NCBI RefSeq assembly: GCF_006345805.1
Contig: NC_043012.1
Coordinates: 37,200,001-37,264,000 of the forward strand
From: Octopus sinensis
Lineage: Eukaryota
Direction of reading: 5' to 3'
Length of the DNA: 64,000 bases
The notes beneath the pieces were generated by a model, which was given only the letters and a program-made list of their open reading frames with translations, was not told where the DNA came from and did no database searches. Numbering within the stretch: the first letter of the stretch is position 1; each line of letters begins with the position of its first letter. The position numbers and the translations under genes are program-made. This document shows positions 36,491 to 48,599 of this stretch, in pieces.

Positions 36491-37271
36491 TTATTATTAT
36501 TGTTGTTGTTGTGTTAATGATTCTGTGAGCTGGCAGAATCGTTAACACATCGGGCAGAGTGCTTAACGGTATTTTCTCAATGGCAAGCTGGCAGAGCGTT
36601 AGCGCACTGGGCGAAATGCTTAGCAGTATTTTGTCTGCCGTTACGCTCTGAGTTCAAATTCCTCCAAGGTCGACTTTGCCTTTCATCCTTTCGGGGTCGA
36701 TTAAATAAGTACCAGTTACGTACTGGGGTCGATGTAATCGACTTAATCCGTTTGTCTGTCCTTGTTTGTCCCCTCTGTGTTTAGCCCCTTGTGGGTAGTA
36801 AAGAAATAGGTATTTCGTCTACCGTTACGTTCTGAAATCAATTTCTGCTGAGGTCAACTTTACCTTCCATCTTTTTGGGAGTCTATAGATTAAGTCCCAT
36901 TCGAGCACTGGAGGTGGGTGGTGGTGTCGATGTAATCGACTTAGTCCTAATCCCTGACACTCTTAACCTATTCCACTAGACTATTGTTCAGGACTGGTCC
37001 ATTATTCATCAACCCAGAAGGGTGGACATTAGTGGGAATTGAACTTCAAACTTAGTATTAGACAAAATGGAATATTTATCACAAGATATTTCGTTAAATC
37101 CTGCAAAGATCACCAATTTACCACAAACTCTATTAGATCACTGTTCTGCTGAAATCTCTAAATATTTTTGAAATCTTCCATCATGTCCTCTCTATCAGGT
37201 TCTGCCTCCTCCTCCTCCTACTCATCGTTGTCGTCATCATTATCATCAAAGGCATTTTAATTGTTTAGCAC

Positions 37272-37825
37272 TTAATCCTTTCGTTACCAACCCGGCTCTG
37301 TTAGTACAAATGTCTTGTTCTCAAAAGTTCTGAATTAAAATCTTCCACCAAACTTTAGTCACAATTTATGCTCTTAACCCGAGCTTAATGATAACTAAGT
37401 TATTTTACTAAATTCTTTGTTATATTTAAAATTAATCGAAAGAAACACACAGCATCTCAACAGAAATATGGTAACAGAAGGGTTAAACTGGTCATATCTG
37501 ACCCAAATATTTTCTCTGATTTATGTTCAAAGTGGCCAAATCCAGCTTCTCACACTAACCCTACAATGTCTTTCTAAAAATAAACACCCACCTCATTTAA
37601 CCCTTTAGTGTTCAGATTACTCTGTTAACTGTAATACTTTTTCACTCAAATTGTTTTGGATTAATCCTGGATTATCTTACAGCTTTGAGGTTTCAATGAT
37701 GTGATTGTTTATTTTTAGAGTGGCATTGTAGGTTAGGTGTGAGAAGCTAGATATCGCCAGTTTGAATATAAAACATGTAGAATATATTGGGCCGGATTTG
37801 GCCAGTTTAAACACTGAAGGGTTAA
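37272..37825 (+). mobile_element. Cluster of piggyBac-type MITEs (37272-37486; inverted fragment 37487-37596; 37597-37825)
   Basis: TTAA boundaries with CCCTTT/AAGGG ends. Same families as at 16.4 and 26.1 kb. Confidence 0.7.
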
Positions 37826-38361
37826 GTCTTGAAGCTGTAAGATAATGCATGTTAAATTCAAAACAATATGAATAAATAATCATTCCATCTGACAAAGAAA
37901 TCTGAATGCAAAACGGTTAAAGACAACAATATTCCATTCAGTTCATAGAATTTGTTAAAGTCTCAAAGAAACAGTTTCCTTACTTGAAAATCTGCAAAAC
38001 CAGAAGGAACCAGAATTTTCTTCACATATGTACAACAGGTTCTCCTTTGTTTAGAACTCACAAAACAGATGTTCTGAAGTAATCCACCAAATTATCTGAA
38101 AATTAAGATTAAAAACAACAAAAGATATTATTATGATAATATTTCATGAAACATTCTTCAAAAAACTGGATTTAAAAATTCAGTCTTGGGCAAAACCAAT
38201 GCCTTGTGAGTGAATGTGGTAGATGGAAACTGTGAGGAAGCCCATTGTGTATATACTTAGATAGGTTTTGACCAGAATTGGCCCAGGCCATGACTGACTA
38301 AAGAGCACAACCCGGAGAAGACATTTAAGCATAAGGAGCTGAGGTGACCAATATACTAGGA

Positions 38362-38410
<49 letters not shown>

Positions 38411-39714
38411 ATGACGATCCTGGCAGAGGGAAATGGTAAGAAAAGGGGATCATCATCATCATCATCGTCATCATTTAATGCCTGTTTTCCATGTCACCAT
38501 GAGTTGGATGATTTGACAGGACTGGCATGGCTGGAGAGCTGCACCAGGCTCCAAATGCCTGTTTTGGCATGGTTTCTACAGCTGGATGCCTTTCCTAATG
38601 CCATCCACTTCACAGTGCACAGGGTGCCTTTTAAGTGACACCAGCATGGGTGCATTTTATGTGGCACCAGCATGCACAGAGCTCACAAGACAAGGACTTC
38701 AATGGAACTGAGAGATTGGCATTAAGTATAGATTCTGCCACAGAAGACTGAAGAATCAAGTCTCAGTCTTGAAAGTCTGTGATTTCTATTGAAGAAAAAG
38801 CTTTACAGAATGGAAGGATCAAGGACCAAATCTTGGAGACAATGCCAAAGAGTTCAAATAACCGAAAATAAAAGATCTAATGTTTAACTCTTGAAAATAA
38901 AATACCCCACCACAAAAAAAAAACCCAAAACCACTGTATTTATTTTTTGTTTGTTTTTTTAGAATATTTCCAGAAATGATAAGAAAAACTGGAATAATTT
39001 TGTTGAGATTTGTCCCTGCAGGAATGGATGTTAATAAATTCAGGCCGAAACAAAAGAAATTGTGTTAATCTGTAGAAATAAAAAGGTTCGTTGTAATGAG
39101 TCATATATTGATCAAGTATTTGAGTATTAACACCAATAATTGCTACATGGCGTTCTTTGCAGAGAGAGGTTCCATACATCCCAGCGGCAACAAAGAATCA
39201 ATACTTATTGACCACTTATTTAGGAGAAATATACAATAAAGTGCAACATACATCTTATTGATACAGTGGCTACGAGAAGACTTCATTTGTTATCACTAAT
39301 CAATAACGAGAGTCGCCACCCTGCACGCCACCACCACCACCACCGCTGCTCCCCCATACCTCACCGCTATTGACCAAATGGACTGTTTTTTTTGTTTTGT
39401 TTTGTTCTCTTTTTTTTTTTTGTTAGTGAAACCAATTTTCTATCTGAACTATTTTTGGGGTATTTTATATTGAAATCATGGAAAAGGAGAAATAAAATGT
39501 GTGTTTATGTTCATGTTAAACACAAATAAATAAATAAATAATAGATAACTATATATATAGATATATATATATATATATCTATATGAAAGTAAAAGAATAA
39601 AACAAAAACAAATGAACAAAAAAACAAACAAACACAGAAATTAAGAATAAAAAAGAAAGGTGGAAAGTTGGTTCCCAGCCTGAAAAAAAAAGGAAAAAAA
39701 ACATCAGTAATTAT

Positions 39715-39724
39715 ACATATATAT

Positions 39725-39784
<60 letters not shown>

Positions 39785-39985
39785 TAACGTCTGCCTTCCA
39801 TGCTGGCATATACATACATACACACACATATATATATATGTATGTATATATATGTGTGTATATATATATTTGTATATATATATATATGTATATATATATA
39901 TGTATAAATATGTATGTATGCGTGTATGAATGTATGTATGTATGCATGTATATGTATGGGTTTGTATGTATATGTATGTATGTGA
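39715..39985. repeat. (TA)n/(TATG)n microsatellite
   Basis: Visible. Confidence 0.95.
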
Positions 39986-40134
39986 GTGCAGGTATGGGTG
40001 TGTGGTAAGGAGTTTGGTTCCCGAGTACATGGTCTCAGGATCATTCCCTCTGTACCACACCTTCGACAAGTGTTGACAATAGCCCCCTTCCCGACTAATG
40101 CCTTGTTAATGGATTGCAAAGATGGGAACCAGAA

Positions 40135-41925
40135 AAAGCCCATCGATGGAAATAACTACAGGGGTATCAAACTGCTGGATCAGGTGATAAAGGTCACAGA
40201 GAGGGTCATAGCCCATCTCGTTAGGGAGAGAGTCTGCTTAGATGAGATGCAGTTCGGTTTTGTGCCGAGTAGAAGCACCACCGATACCATATTCCTGGTT
40301 CGACAACTGCAGTAGAAACACCTAGCTAAAGATAAACCCCTATACTTAGCTTTTGTGGACTTGGAGAAAGCCTTTGACAGGGTCCCCCGATCCCTTATCT
40401 GGTGGGTGATGCAGAAACTGGAGACTGATGAATCGTTAATAAGGGCTGTACAGGCCCTTTACAGAGAATCCGTTAGCAGGGTTAGGATTGGCAATGAGTA
40501 CAGTGAAGAATTCTGGGTAGGAGTCCACCAAGGTTCAGCCCTCAGTCCCCTTTTATTCATCATAGTCCTCCAGGCAATAACAGAGGCATTCAAGACGGGT
40601 TGCCCCTGGGAGCTCTATGCTGATGACCTGGGCCTCATAGCGGAATCACCACCAGAACTAGAAAAGAAATTTCAGGTGTGGAAGCTAGGTTTAGAATCAA
40701 AAGGCTTTAAAGTCAATGTAGCAAAGACCAAAGTTCTAGTAACTCATCACACAACCCCTCAGGTAGGTGGCCTTGTTCAATCTGTAGAAAAGGTGTAGGT
40801 AGAAACTCCAAGAGATGTACCCAGTGTAAGCTATGGATACATAAGAGGTGCAGCAACACCAAAGGAAAATTAACCAAGACGATAGCTTTCGTGTGCAGCA
40901 GATGCACAGGGGCAATAAACACCACAGATGCTCAGAAAACAGATTCTATCACACTCCTGGAGGAGAAACTAGAAGTAGTTGATAGCTTCCACTACCTAGG
41001 TGACCTAGTTAGTAGTGGGGGTGGATGCTCTGAGAGTGTTACTACTAGAATAAGAATAGCCTGGGCAAAGTTTAGAAAGCTTCTTCCCCTACTGGCGACA
41101 AAGGATCTCTCGCTCAGAGTGAAAGGTAGATTGTACGACGCATGTGTGCGAACTGCCATGCTTCAGGGCAGTGAAACTTGGGCCGTGACTGTGGAGGACA
41201 TGCGTAGGCTCAAAAGAAATGAAGGTAGCATGATTCGCTGGATGTGTAATGTCAGTGTGCATGCACGACAGAGTGTAAGCACCCTGAGAGAAATGCTAGG
41301 CATAAGAAGCATCAGATGCGGTGTGCAAGAGCGACGCTTGCGATGGTATGGTCATGTACTGCGGATGGATGAGGAGAGATGTGTGAAGAAGTGCCACTCC
41401 CAAACTGTTGAAGGAATCCTGGGTAGAGGTAGACCCAAGAAGACATGGGATGAGGTGGTCAAACATGACCTTCGAACATTGGGCCTCACAGAGGCAATGA
41501 AGAAAGACCAAGATCTCTGGAGATATGCTGTGACTGCAAAGACCCGACAAATGAAGTGAGTTCATGGCTCGCAGGACGGCCTACTGTGCATACCTTGGAT
41601 TGAAGGGCGACCAGCTGTGCTTGAAGAAACCTATTGAGTCAAGTACATCAAAATCAAATGGAAATTGTAGTTGTGATACCCGTGACAGTTAAAAGCACCA
41701 TCTGAACGTGGCTGATGCCAGCACCGCCTTGACTGGCATCCGTGCCGGTGGCATGACAAAAGCAACAAATGATTGGTTGGAGTGGTTGGCGTTAGGAAGG
41801 GCATCCAGCTGTAGAAACACAGCCAGATCAGAGCCTGGTGCAGCCTCCTTGGCTTCCCAGATCCCGGTCGAACTGTCCAACCCATGCTAGCATGGAAAAT
41901 GGATGTTGAACGATGATGATGATAA
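40135..41925 (+). mobile_element. 5'-truncated RTE-clade LINE (reverse transcriptase domain, C-terminus, 3' UTR and GAT-repeat tail), frameshifted and with stops
   Basis: ORF pieces NYRGIKLLDQ...QFGFVPSRST, DLEKAFDRVP...GVHQGSALSPLLF...ELYADDL, YLG...RLRWYGHVLRM...GRGRPKKTW. Tail gatgatgatgat. Confidence 0.92.
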
Positions 41926-42122
41926 TGGTTTATATATATGTATATATATATATATATATAGGCACAGGAGTGGCTGTGTGGTAAGTAGCTTGCTTACCAA
42001 CCACATGGTTCCGGGTTCAGTCCCATTGCATGGCACCTTGGACAAGTGACTTCTACTATATCCTCAGGCCAACCAAAACCTTGTGAGTGGATTTGGTAGA
42101 TGGAAACTAAAAGAAGCCTGTC

Positions 42123-42154
<32 letters not shown>

Positions 42155-42693
42155 TTGTGTGTCGGTGTTTGTCCCCCACCATCGCTTGACAACCGATGTT
42201 GGTGTGTTTACATCCCTGTAACTTAGCAGTTCGGCAAAAGAGACCGATTGAATAAGTACTAGGCTTACAAAGAATAAGTCCTGGGGTCAATTTGTTCAAC
42301 TAAAGGTGGTGCTCCAGCATGGCCGCAGTCAACCGACTGAAACAAACAAAAGAATTTCTATAGACTAAAAAGGGTTTAGACCAGTGGTGATCCAAACTTA
42401 TCGGTACACTGAGTACTGCAAGAGATAAGATACTATGATTCAAGTATATAATGGGGTCTGGGGTTGGGGATGTGTGGCCTAGTTCTGAGTCAGCAGGTAT
42501 GAAATAAAGGAAGAGGAAAACAAAAGGCAGGACAAGCTTATCAGATCGTTTAGATTATTTTAATCGGTGAAATGAAGTCAGCAAAAGTGTCTGCGATTCA
42601 CCATTAAAATAATTTAAATGATCTGATAAGCTTGTCCAGCCGAAATTTTGCTTTCCTCTTCCTTTAATATATATATATATATATATAAATATA

Positions 42694-43110
42694 GGCGTAG
42701 AAGTGGCTGTGTGGTATGTAGCTTGCTTACGAACCACATGGTTCCGGGTTCAGTCCCACTGTGTGACACCTTGGGCAAGTGTCTTCTACTATAGCCTCGG
42801 GCCGACCAAAGCCTTGTGAGTGGATTTGGTATACGGAAAACTGAAAGAAACCCGTTGTATATCTATATATATATATATCTATATATATATATGTATGTGT
42901 GTGTATATGTTTGTGTGTCTGTGTTTGTCTCCCCCAACATCGTTTGACAACTGATGCTGGTGTGTTTACGTCCCCGTAACTTAGCGGTTCGGCAAAAGTG
43001 ACCGATAGAATAAGTACTAGGCTTACAAAGAATAAGTCCTGGGGTTGATTTGCTCGACCAAAGGCGGTGCTCCAGCATGGCCACAGTCAAATGACTGAAA
43101 CAAATAAACG
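42694..43110 (+). mobile_element. tRNA-derived SINE, family A (representative; further copies at ~171-690, 990-1392(-), 6985-7320, 8575-8975(-), 10268-10680, 29216-29570, 41961-42350, 43131-43526(-), 45180-45520, 54895-55110(-), 57860-58250(-), 62080-62505(-))
   Basis: Pol III A/B-box-like head (gtggctgtgtggtaag / ggttcagtcc), body ccttgggcaagtgtcttctactatagcc, internal (TA)n/(TG)n, 3' end atgactgaaacaa-gtaaaagag. Confidence 0.85.
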
Positions 43111-44169
43111 AGAAAGAGAGAAAATATCTTTACTCTCTTTTACTGGTTTCAGTCATTTGACTGTGGCCATGCTGGAGCACCACCCTTTGGTCAAGCAAAT
43201 TAACCCTAGGACTTATTCTTTGTAAGCCTAGAACTTATTCTATCGGTCTCTTTTGCTGAACTGCTAAGTAACAGGGACATAAACACACCAGCATCAGTTG
43301 TCAAGCAATGTTAGGGGGACAAACACGGACACACAAATATATATATATACATATACATATATACGACGGGCTTCTTTCAATTTCCATCAACCAAATCCAC
43401 TCACAAGACTTTCGCTGGCCCAAGGCTATAATAGAAGAAACTTGCCCAACGTGACACACAGTAGGACTGAACCCAGAACCCTGTGGTTCGTAAGCAAGCT
43501 ACTTACTACACAGCCACTCCTACGCCTATATCGTCTGTAAAAAACATAAATCTGAAAGAAGAAGCACACTCTAAGATATGGAGCAGTATATATTAAAAAT
43601 GGGGAAAGCCAGTTTATAGGATTACCTTAGGTTGGTCTTTGGCCAACAGGTTTTGGGATCTGACGATACACCATAAAGCTAAACCCTTTATGGAAGGGAA
43701 ACCGAAGGTAATCCCATAAACCTGCCTTCTTCATTTTTGCTATACATACACATATATATATATATATATATATAAAGTGAAAATCAAAATCAAAATCAAA
43801 ATCGATCAACATCAATGGAAATTGTAGCTGTTATACCAGTGCCAGTGGCACATAAGAGAACCATCCGAACGTGGCTGTTGCCAGCACCGCCCCGGCTGGC
43901 CTCCGTGCTGGTGGCACGTAAAAAGCACCATCCAATCGTGGCCGTTTGCCAGCCTAGTCAGGCACCTGTGCCAGTGGCACATAAAAAGCACCCACTACAC
44001 TCTCGGAGTGGTTGGCATTAGGAAGGGCATCCAGCCGTAGAAACATTGCCAGATCAGACTGGGTCTGGTGCAGCCATCTGGCTTCCCAGACCCCAGTTGA
44101 ATTGTCCAACCCATACTAGCATGGAAAGCGGATGCTAAACAATGATGATGATGATATAATATATATATA

Positions 44170-44345
44170 GTTAATCCAAACATGAAAACACAACAACGCG
44201 AGGATGGGGAACAAGTATAGTGTTATTGGACGCCCAGGAAAGGAAGGAAGACTTAACATTTCGAGCAGAGCTCTTCGTCAGAAACATAGGAAAGGGAAAA
44301 ATCCAAGGAAGGGAAGACGGAAGAAAAAAATCGCCAACGGTACAC
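44170..44345 (-). mobile_element. Second copy of that mini-element (CUGACGA core)
   Basis: GUUU-CUGACGA-AGAGC-UCU-GCUC-GAAAU-GUU-AAGU (44251-44285). Abuts (TA)n. Confidence 0.6.
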
Positions 44346-44576
44346 ACAGTCACATTTTGAATGTATATATACATATATATACACATATATACATACATAC
44401 ACACACGCATCACTATCATCATCAACGTTTGATGTCTGTTTTCCATGCTGGTAAGGGCTGGATGATTTGATAGGAGCTGGCCAGCCAGACAGCTGTACCA
44501 GGTTCCAGCTGTTTGCTGAGTGTTTTTCACATAGCACCATCCTTAGAGTTTTTTTTACATGGCACCAGCAACACAT

Positions 44577-44641
44577 TACAGGGTGTCCCAAAAATCTGAC
44601 ATCATTTCATCTCAAATGATGTCAAATATTTTGGGACATCC

Positions 44642-44645
<4 letters not shown>
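44577..44645. mobile_element. Miniature Tc1/mariner-type MITE (~66 bp)
   Basis: TA-cagggtgtcccaaaa...ttttgggacatccta-TA with an internal hairpin. Confidence 0.65.
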
Positions 44646-44683
<38 letters not shown>

Positions 44684-45521
44684 GAAAGAAAGATATGAAA
44701 TCTGTTTTTCAAACATGGTAATGCCATTAGAACGGCAGAAATAATGGGGTAAATACCCTTAAGAGGCAGAAAAAGTTGTCAACAACCAGCCATAGGACTT
44801 GAACCGACACCCCCCAAGACTCTGGCTGTGTGCTTTACCATTCACTGATTTAGATACTAAATAGCTTATTGAACCACCCTGTGTGTATAAATGCAAACAA
44901 AATTTATTTTTTTTACTAGAGGGTTTGAAATGTGTATAGTATGATACAGAGAAGAGGAATTCTTTTTTATGCAGTGATGCCGTTAGAACAGCAGAAATAA
45001 TGGGAATCACAATTCTGAAAGTAATGTTTTCCCCATAAAATTCAAAATTTCTATATTTTTGCCACCATCTCCTTCATGTGCCATTTCCCTTCCCTACGAA
45101 GAAGTGACAGTTATGAAGAAAACCTGCCGCTACATGGATTATATGGATGCAAGGGTACAAACAAAATCTGAACTATAGGTGCAGGAGTGGCTGTGTGGTA
45201 AGTAGCTTGCTTATGAACCACATGGTTCCAGGTTCAGCTTCACTGCATGGCACCTTGGGCAAGTGTCTTTTACTATAGCCTTGGGCCAACCAAAGCCTTG
45301 TGAGTGGATTTGGTAGACGGAAACTGGAAGAAGCCCGTCGTGTGTGTATATGTTTGTCCCCCCAATATCACTTGACAACCAATGCTGGTGTGTTTATGTC
45401 CTTGTAACTTAGCAGTTCAGCAAAAGAGACCGATAGAATAAGTCCTGGGGTAGATTTGCTCGACTAAAGGCGTTGCTCCAGCATGGCCTCAGTCAAATGA
45501 CTGAAGCAAGTAAAGAGAGTA

Positions 45522-45697
45522 TGCAAATCCAGAACTAACTCCTTCACTTTCAGTCCCAGCAGACCACCAGTGCCCAAACTGTGGCAGAGCCTTCCAAGCA
45601 TGCATCGGAGGACTGAGTGGCCACAGCTGGACACACTGTGTCCTGTCCTCTTCTCCCATGTGACGTCCCTGGTGACTGTTGACAACGACAAATGATC
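45522..45697 (+). mobile_element. 3' end of a second RTE-type LINE with C-terminal C2H2-like motif
   Basis: HQCPNCGRAFQACIGGLSGHSWTH resembles the CPxCGRxFRARIGLxSHxRTH terminus of RTE ORFs. Confidence 0.55.
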
Positions 45698-45819
45698 TAA
45701 TACAGAATGGATACAAAGTCAAATCTTTTTTTCTCAGGAATGGAAAAGAAGAAAGGAAATTTTTCTCCAAATTTTTATTTTTATTTGATGCATGTGTAGT
45801 GATGCTATCTTGGAAGTTT

Positions 45820-46095
45820 TCAGCACGCATGCGCAGAGTTGGATTACTTCTGGTAGGCCGCCGGAAGTTCCCTCATGTGCAGAGAACTGCTAACAGAAAG
45901 TTTTCCTGCTAGATCGGTCTTTTTTGTAGCTGCAGCCCTATCGAGTGGACACGACTCAACCTTCTCTCAAGGAAAACCCAACACGTAGAGAAGCCCCTTT
46001 CTACGTGGGAACAGAGACAGCATTTTAGCTCACACAAGTCAACTATTGTGAATAGTTTTACGGACTTGGCTACCGGTTTCGCCCGGAAATATATG
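45820..46095. promoter_or_regulatory. Housekeeping-type promoter (NRF1 + two ETS/GABP sites), possibly bidirectional; candidate promoter of the SWSAP1-like gene
   Basis: ACGCATGCGCA at 45825-45835, CCGGAAGT at 45861-45868, CCGGAAAT at 46083-46090, and locally elevated CpG in a CpG-poor window. Confidence 0.55.
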
Positions 46096-48054
46096 TGTGT
46101 ATATTTTATTTGCGAATCCAGACAAAAATAAAGTATTATTTATTGCTGTTGAAGAAAGTTGAAGTTTTGGTTTTACTTTCGACACAATTTGAATGTAACA
46201 GGATAAGACCGACACCCCTCAAGTGTTCCTGAGACCTTCATCCTGTTACACATGTCTAAGTCAGACACGGGCAATCCTTTTTCTTTTTTTAAAGAAGTGG
46301 ACCGCATGAGGCATGGTCCATTATTAGGTGACCCACACTACTAAAACAAATTCAAGGTAATTCTTCTCCAAATGTGCCATTCAGAAAGTTTTGCAGGCAG
46401 CAGTTTGCCCATAACTAAGTGTGTCAGGGAAACACCAAATTGACTGATAAGTGAAGCACCATATTGACTGATAGGTAAGCTTCCATCCACGATGACTAAC
46501 TGGCGAGCGGGCTGAGCTGTGTCTTCTCTCTGTTTCTACTGCAACCATCACAGCCTAAGTTCATCTGAACTTATTGACTATAAATAACTTCCATTTAAGG
46601 CAACACACACACAATCTGTGTCGCTGTATCGTTATCTTTTATCTTGTTTCAGCAGTTGGAGGAATGTGGCCATGCTGGAGTACCCCCTTCAAGTCAAGGA
46701 TTTAGTTAAACGAATTGAACCAAGTGCTTTTCCTTTTCTTCTTTCTTTAACGTCTGGTACTTATCATATCGGTCTCTTTTGCAGATTGATTAAATTACGG
46801 AGACGTAAACAAACCAACAATGGTTGGCAAGCAGTGGTGAGGAACAGACACATTATATAAGAACATTGTAGTTCGCTTGAAGTATTGGTAGTAAAGAAAT
46901 AGAAACATGAGGAAAGCTTCTAACAATGCAGATATAGGAGCTGAAAAATCTTTATATATTTCGGGTGAAAAGGCCCATTTTCAGTATATCTATCTGTATA
47001 TAATATATATATTTATACACATACACGCGATGGGCTTCTTTCAGTTTCCGTCTACCAATTCCACTCATAAGGATTTGCTAGGACCGTTGCTATGGAAGAC
47101 ACCTGCTCAATGTCCCGTGTGGTGAGACTGAACTTAGAACGACATGGTTTGCCGATAATACTAATACATCGTTGTTAAGACTATTTATACAGAAGTCACG
47201 GCGATCCTTCGATATACGTTACAATATCTTTAAGAGGTATATTTTCATCTCACCGTGGAAATATTTGGGAGTACAGCAAACTCTACTTTTTAAAGTAGGG
47301 TAGGAAAATTATACGAACTAAAAACTTCACTATTTCCCTACCATAAGAGAACCCACAAATTCAACAAGTATCAGAAGGCGGCAAGAGAATAAAGAATAGC
47401 ATTTTAAATTAAATTCAAAATGATTTCTTTTTGCTTAGAGTCATGGAAAAAGAATTTGGCGCTTTTTTTTCTAGAGGATCCTGTAAGTTGTTTACGTCGA
47501 CAAAAGCGAAGCTGTCATTCTGGACGTAAAGCAATAGTTTTATATACTTTTTAATTACAAATAACGAATCTTTAAGTAATTATTTAATTGCATAAACTGC
47601 CTCACGAATTCGATTAAATAAGAGCCGAACTGTGTGGGTAACCGGAGGCTATAATTGTATGTCGAGGTTCTGATATGAACCACTAAGTCATGTCGTTATG
47701 TAATTTCATTTTTCTTTTAAACAAAACCAGTTATTCTTTAACAATTTCATTTCCTAGGCAACCACTTTGCAGCTTCTCTTTCGACGAGGTAAACACTTTT
47801 ACTTCCATGGGTGCTCGGAAACGAAAAAGCGCCAAGAAGTTTAGAAAGCGAAGGTGGGTTTTATGAGATAATATCGCTTAAAAACAAACTAAATTACTAC
47901 CAAGAGACGTTAATGGGAAAACAGCGCCACAATGAAGTCACGAGAAATGTTTTCTGTACCGTTTCTGTTATTTTCCAAACTGTTTTCTCCACCAAATAAA
48001 ATATTTACGACATTAAAAAAAAGATTTTTTTAGTTCAAAAAAGCCGTTGGGAAA

Positions 48055-48480
48055 CCAACGTGGTTGCCAGGAGCAACAAGTTTGTTTACACAGTCAAAAA
48101 AAGAGTTCTTATTTGTCACGTGACGTGTAACCGGGGAAAGAATTTACGAGACCGGATGAAAAGGAACGAGACCGGACGAAGAGGAACGAGACCGATTCGG
48201 AAATCAGCAACAATAAAAAAAAAAATATCTTCCGCTGTTAAATGAGTCTGACGCTTTGATTGGTCGAAGATGACGTCATCTGTCAACCTTCAATGGATGA
48301 CGTCATCGATAGATGTAATCTTAATTGCAGGTCGGGGAGTGGGAAAAATAGTAAGAATCAAATAATTGTAAACAGAAAAGACAAAAAAAAAAAATCATTA
48401 ATTTACTAACTTATCATTTCTATCAATAATCACACACAAAAAAAGAAAAAAATGTTCGTTATAGTAAACCAATGAGAAAA
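48055..48480. promoter_or_regulatory. CpG-rich promoter with RFX X-box, E-box, CCAAT boxes and two CRE palindromes
   Basis: GTTGCC-AGG-AGCAAC at 48063-48077, GTCACGTGAC at 48115-48124, ATTGG at 48259-48263, GATGACGTCATC at 48269-48280 and 48296-48307, and CCAAT near 48469. The region is free of the SINEs that fill the rest of the window. Confidence 0.65.
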
Positions 48481-48599
48481 TAATTCCAACACAAAGATTG
48501 AATTTAAATAAATTTAGAATTTTTATTTGCTCTGCAGTCAAGTTTGAAACGTTGTAAATTCATTTTTGTTGTTTGATTTAAAATAAATATGAAAATGCA

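Noticed and set aside
37982-38095. Minus-strand exon candidates with good splice signals
   Set aside because: Conflicting frames and stops; could be a non-coding 5' exon but cannot be supported.
44790-44870. tRNA gene on the minus strand
   Set aside because: A/B-box-like words are present but no consistent cloverleaf; treated as a tRNA-derived SINE head.
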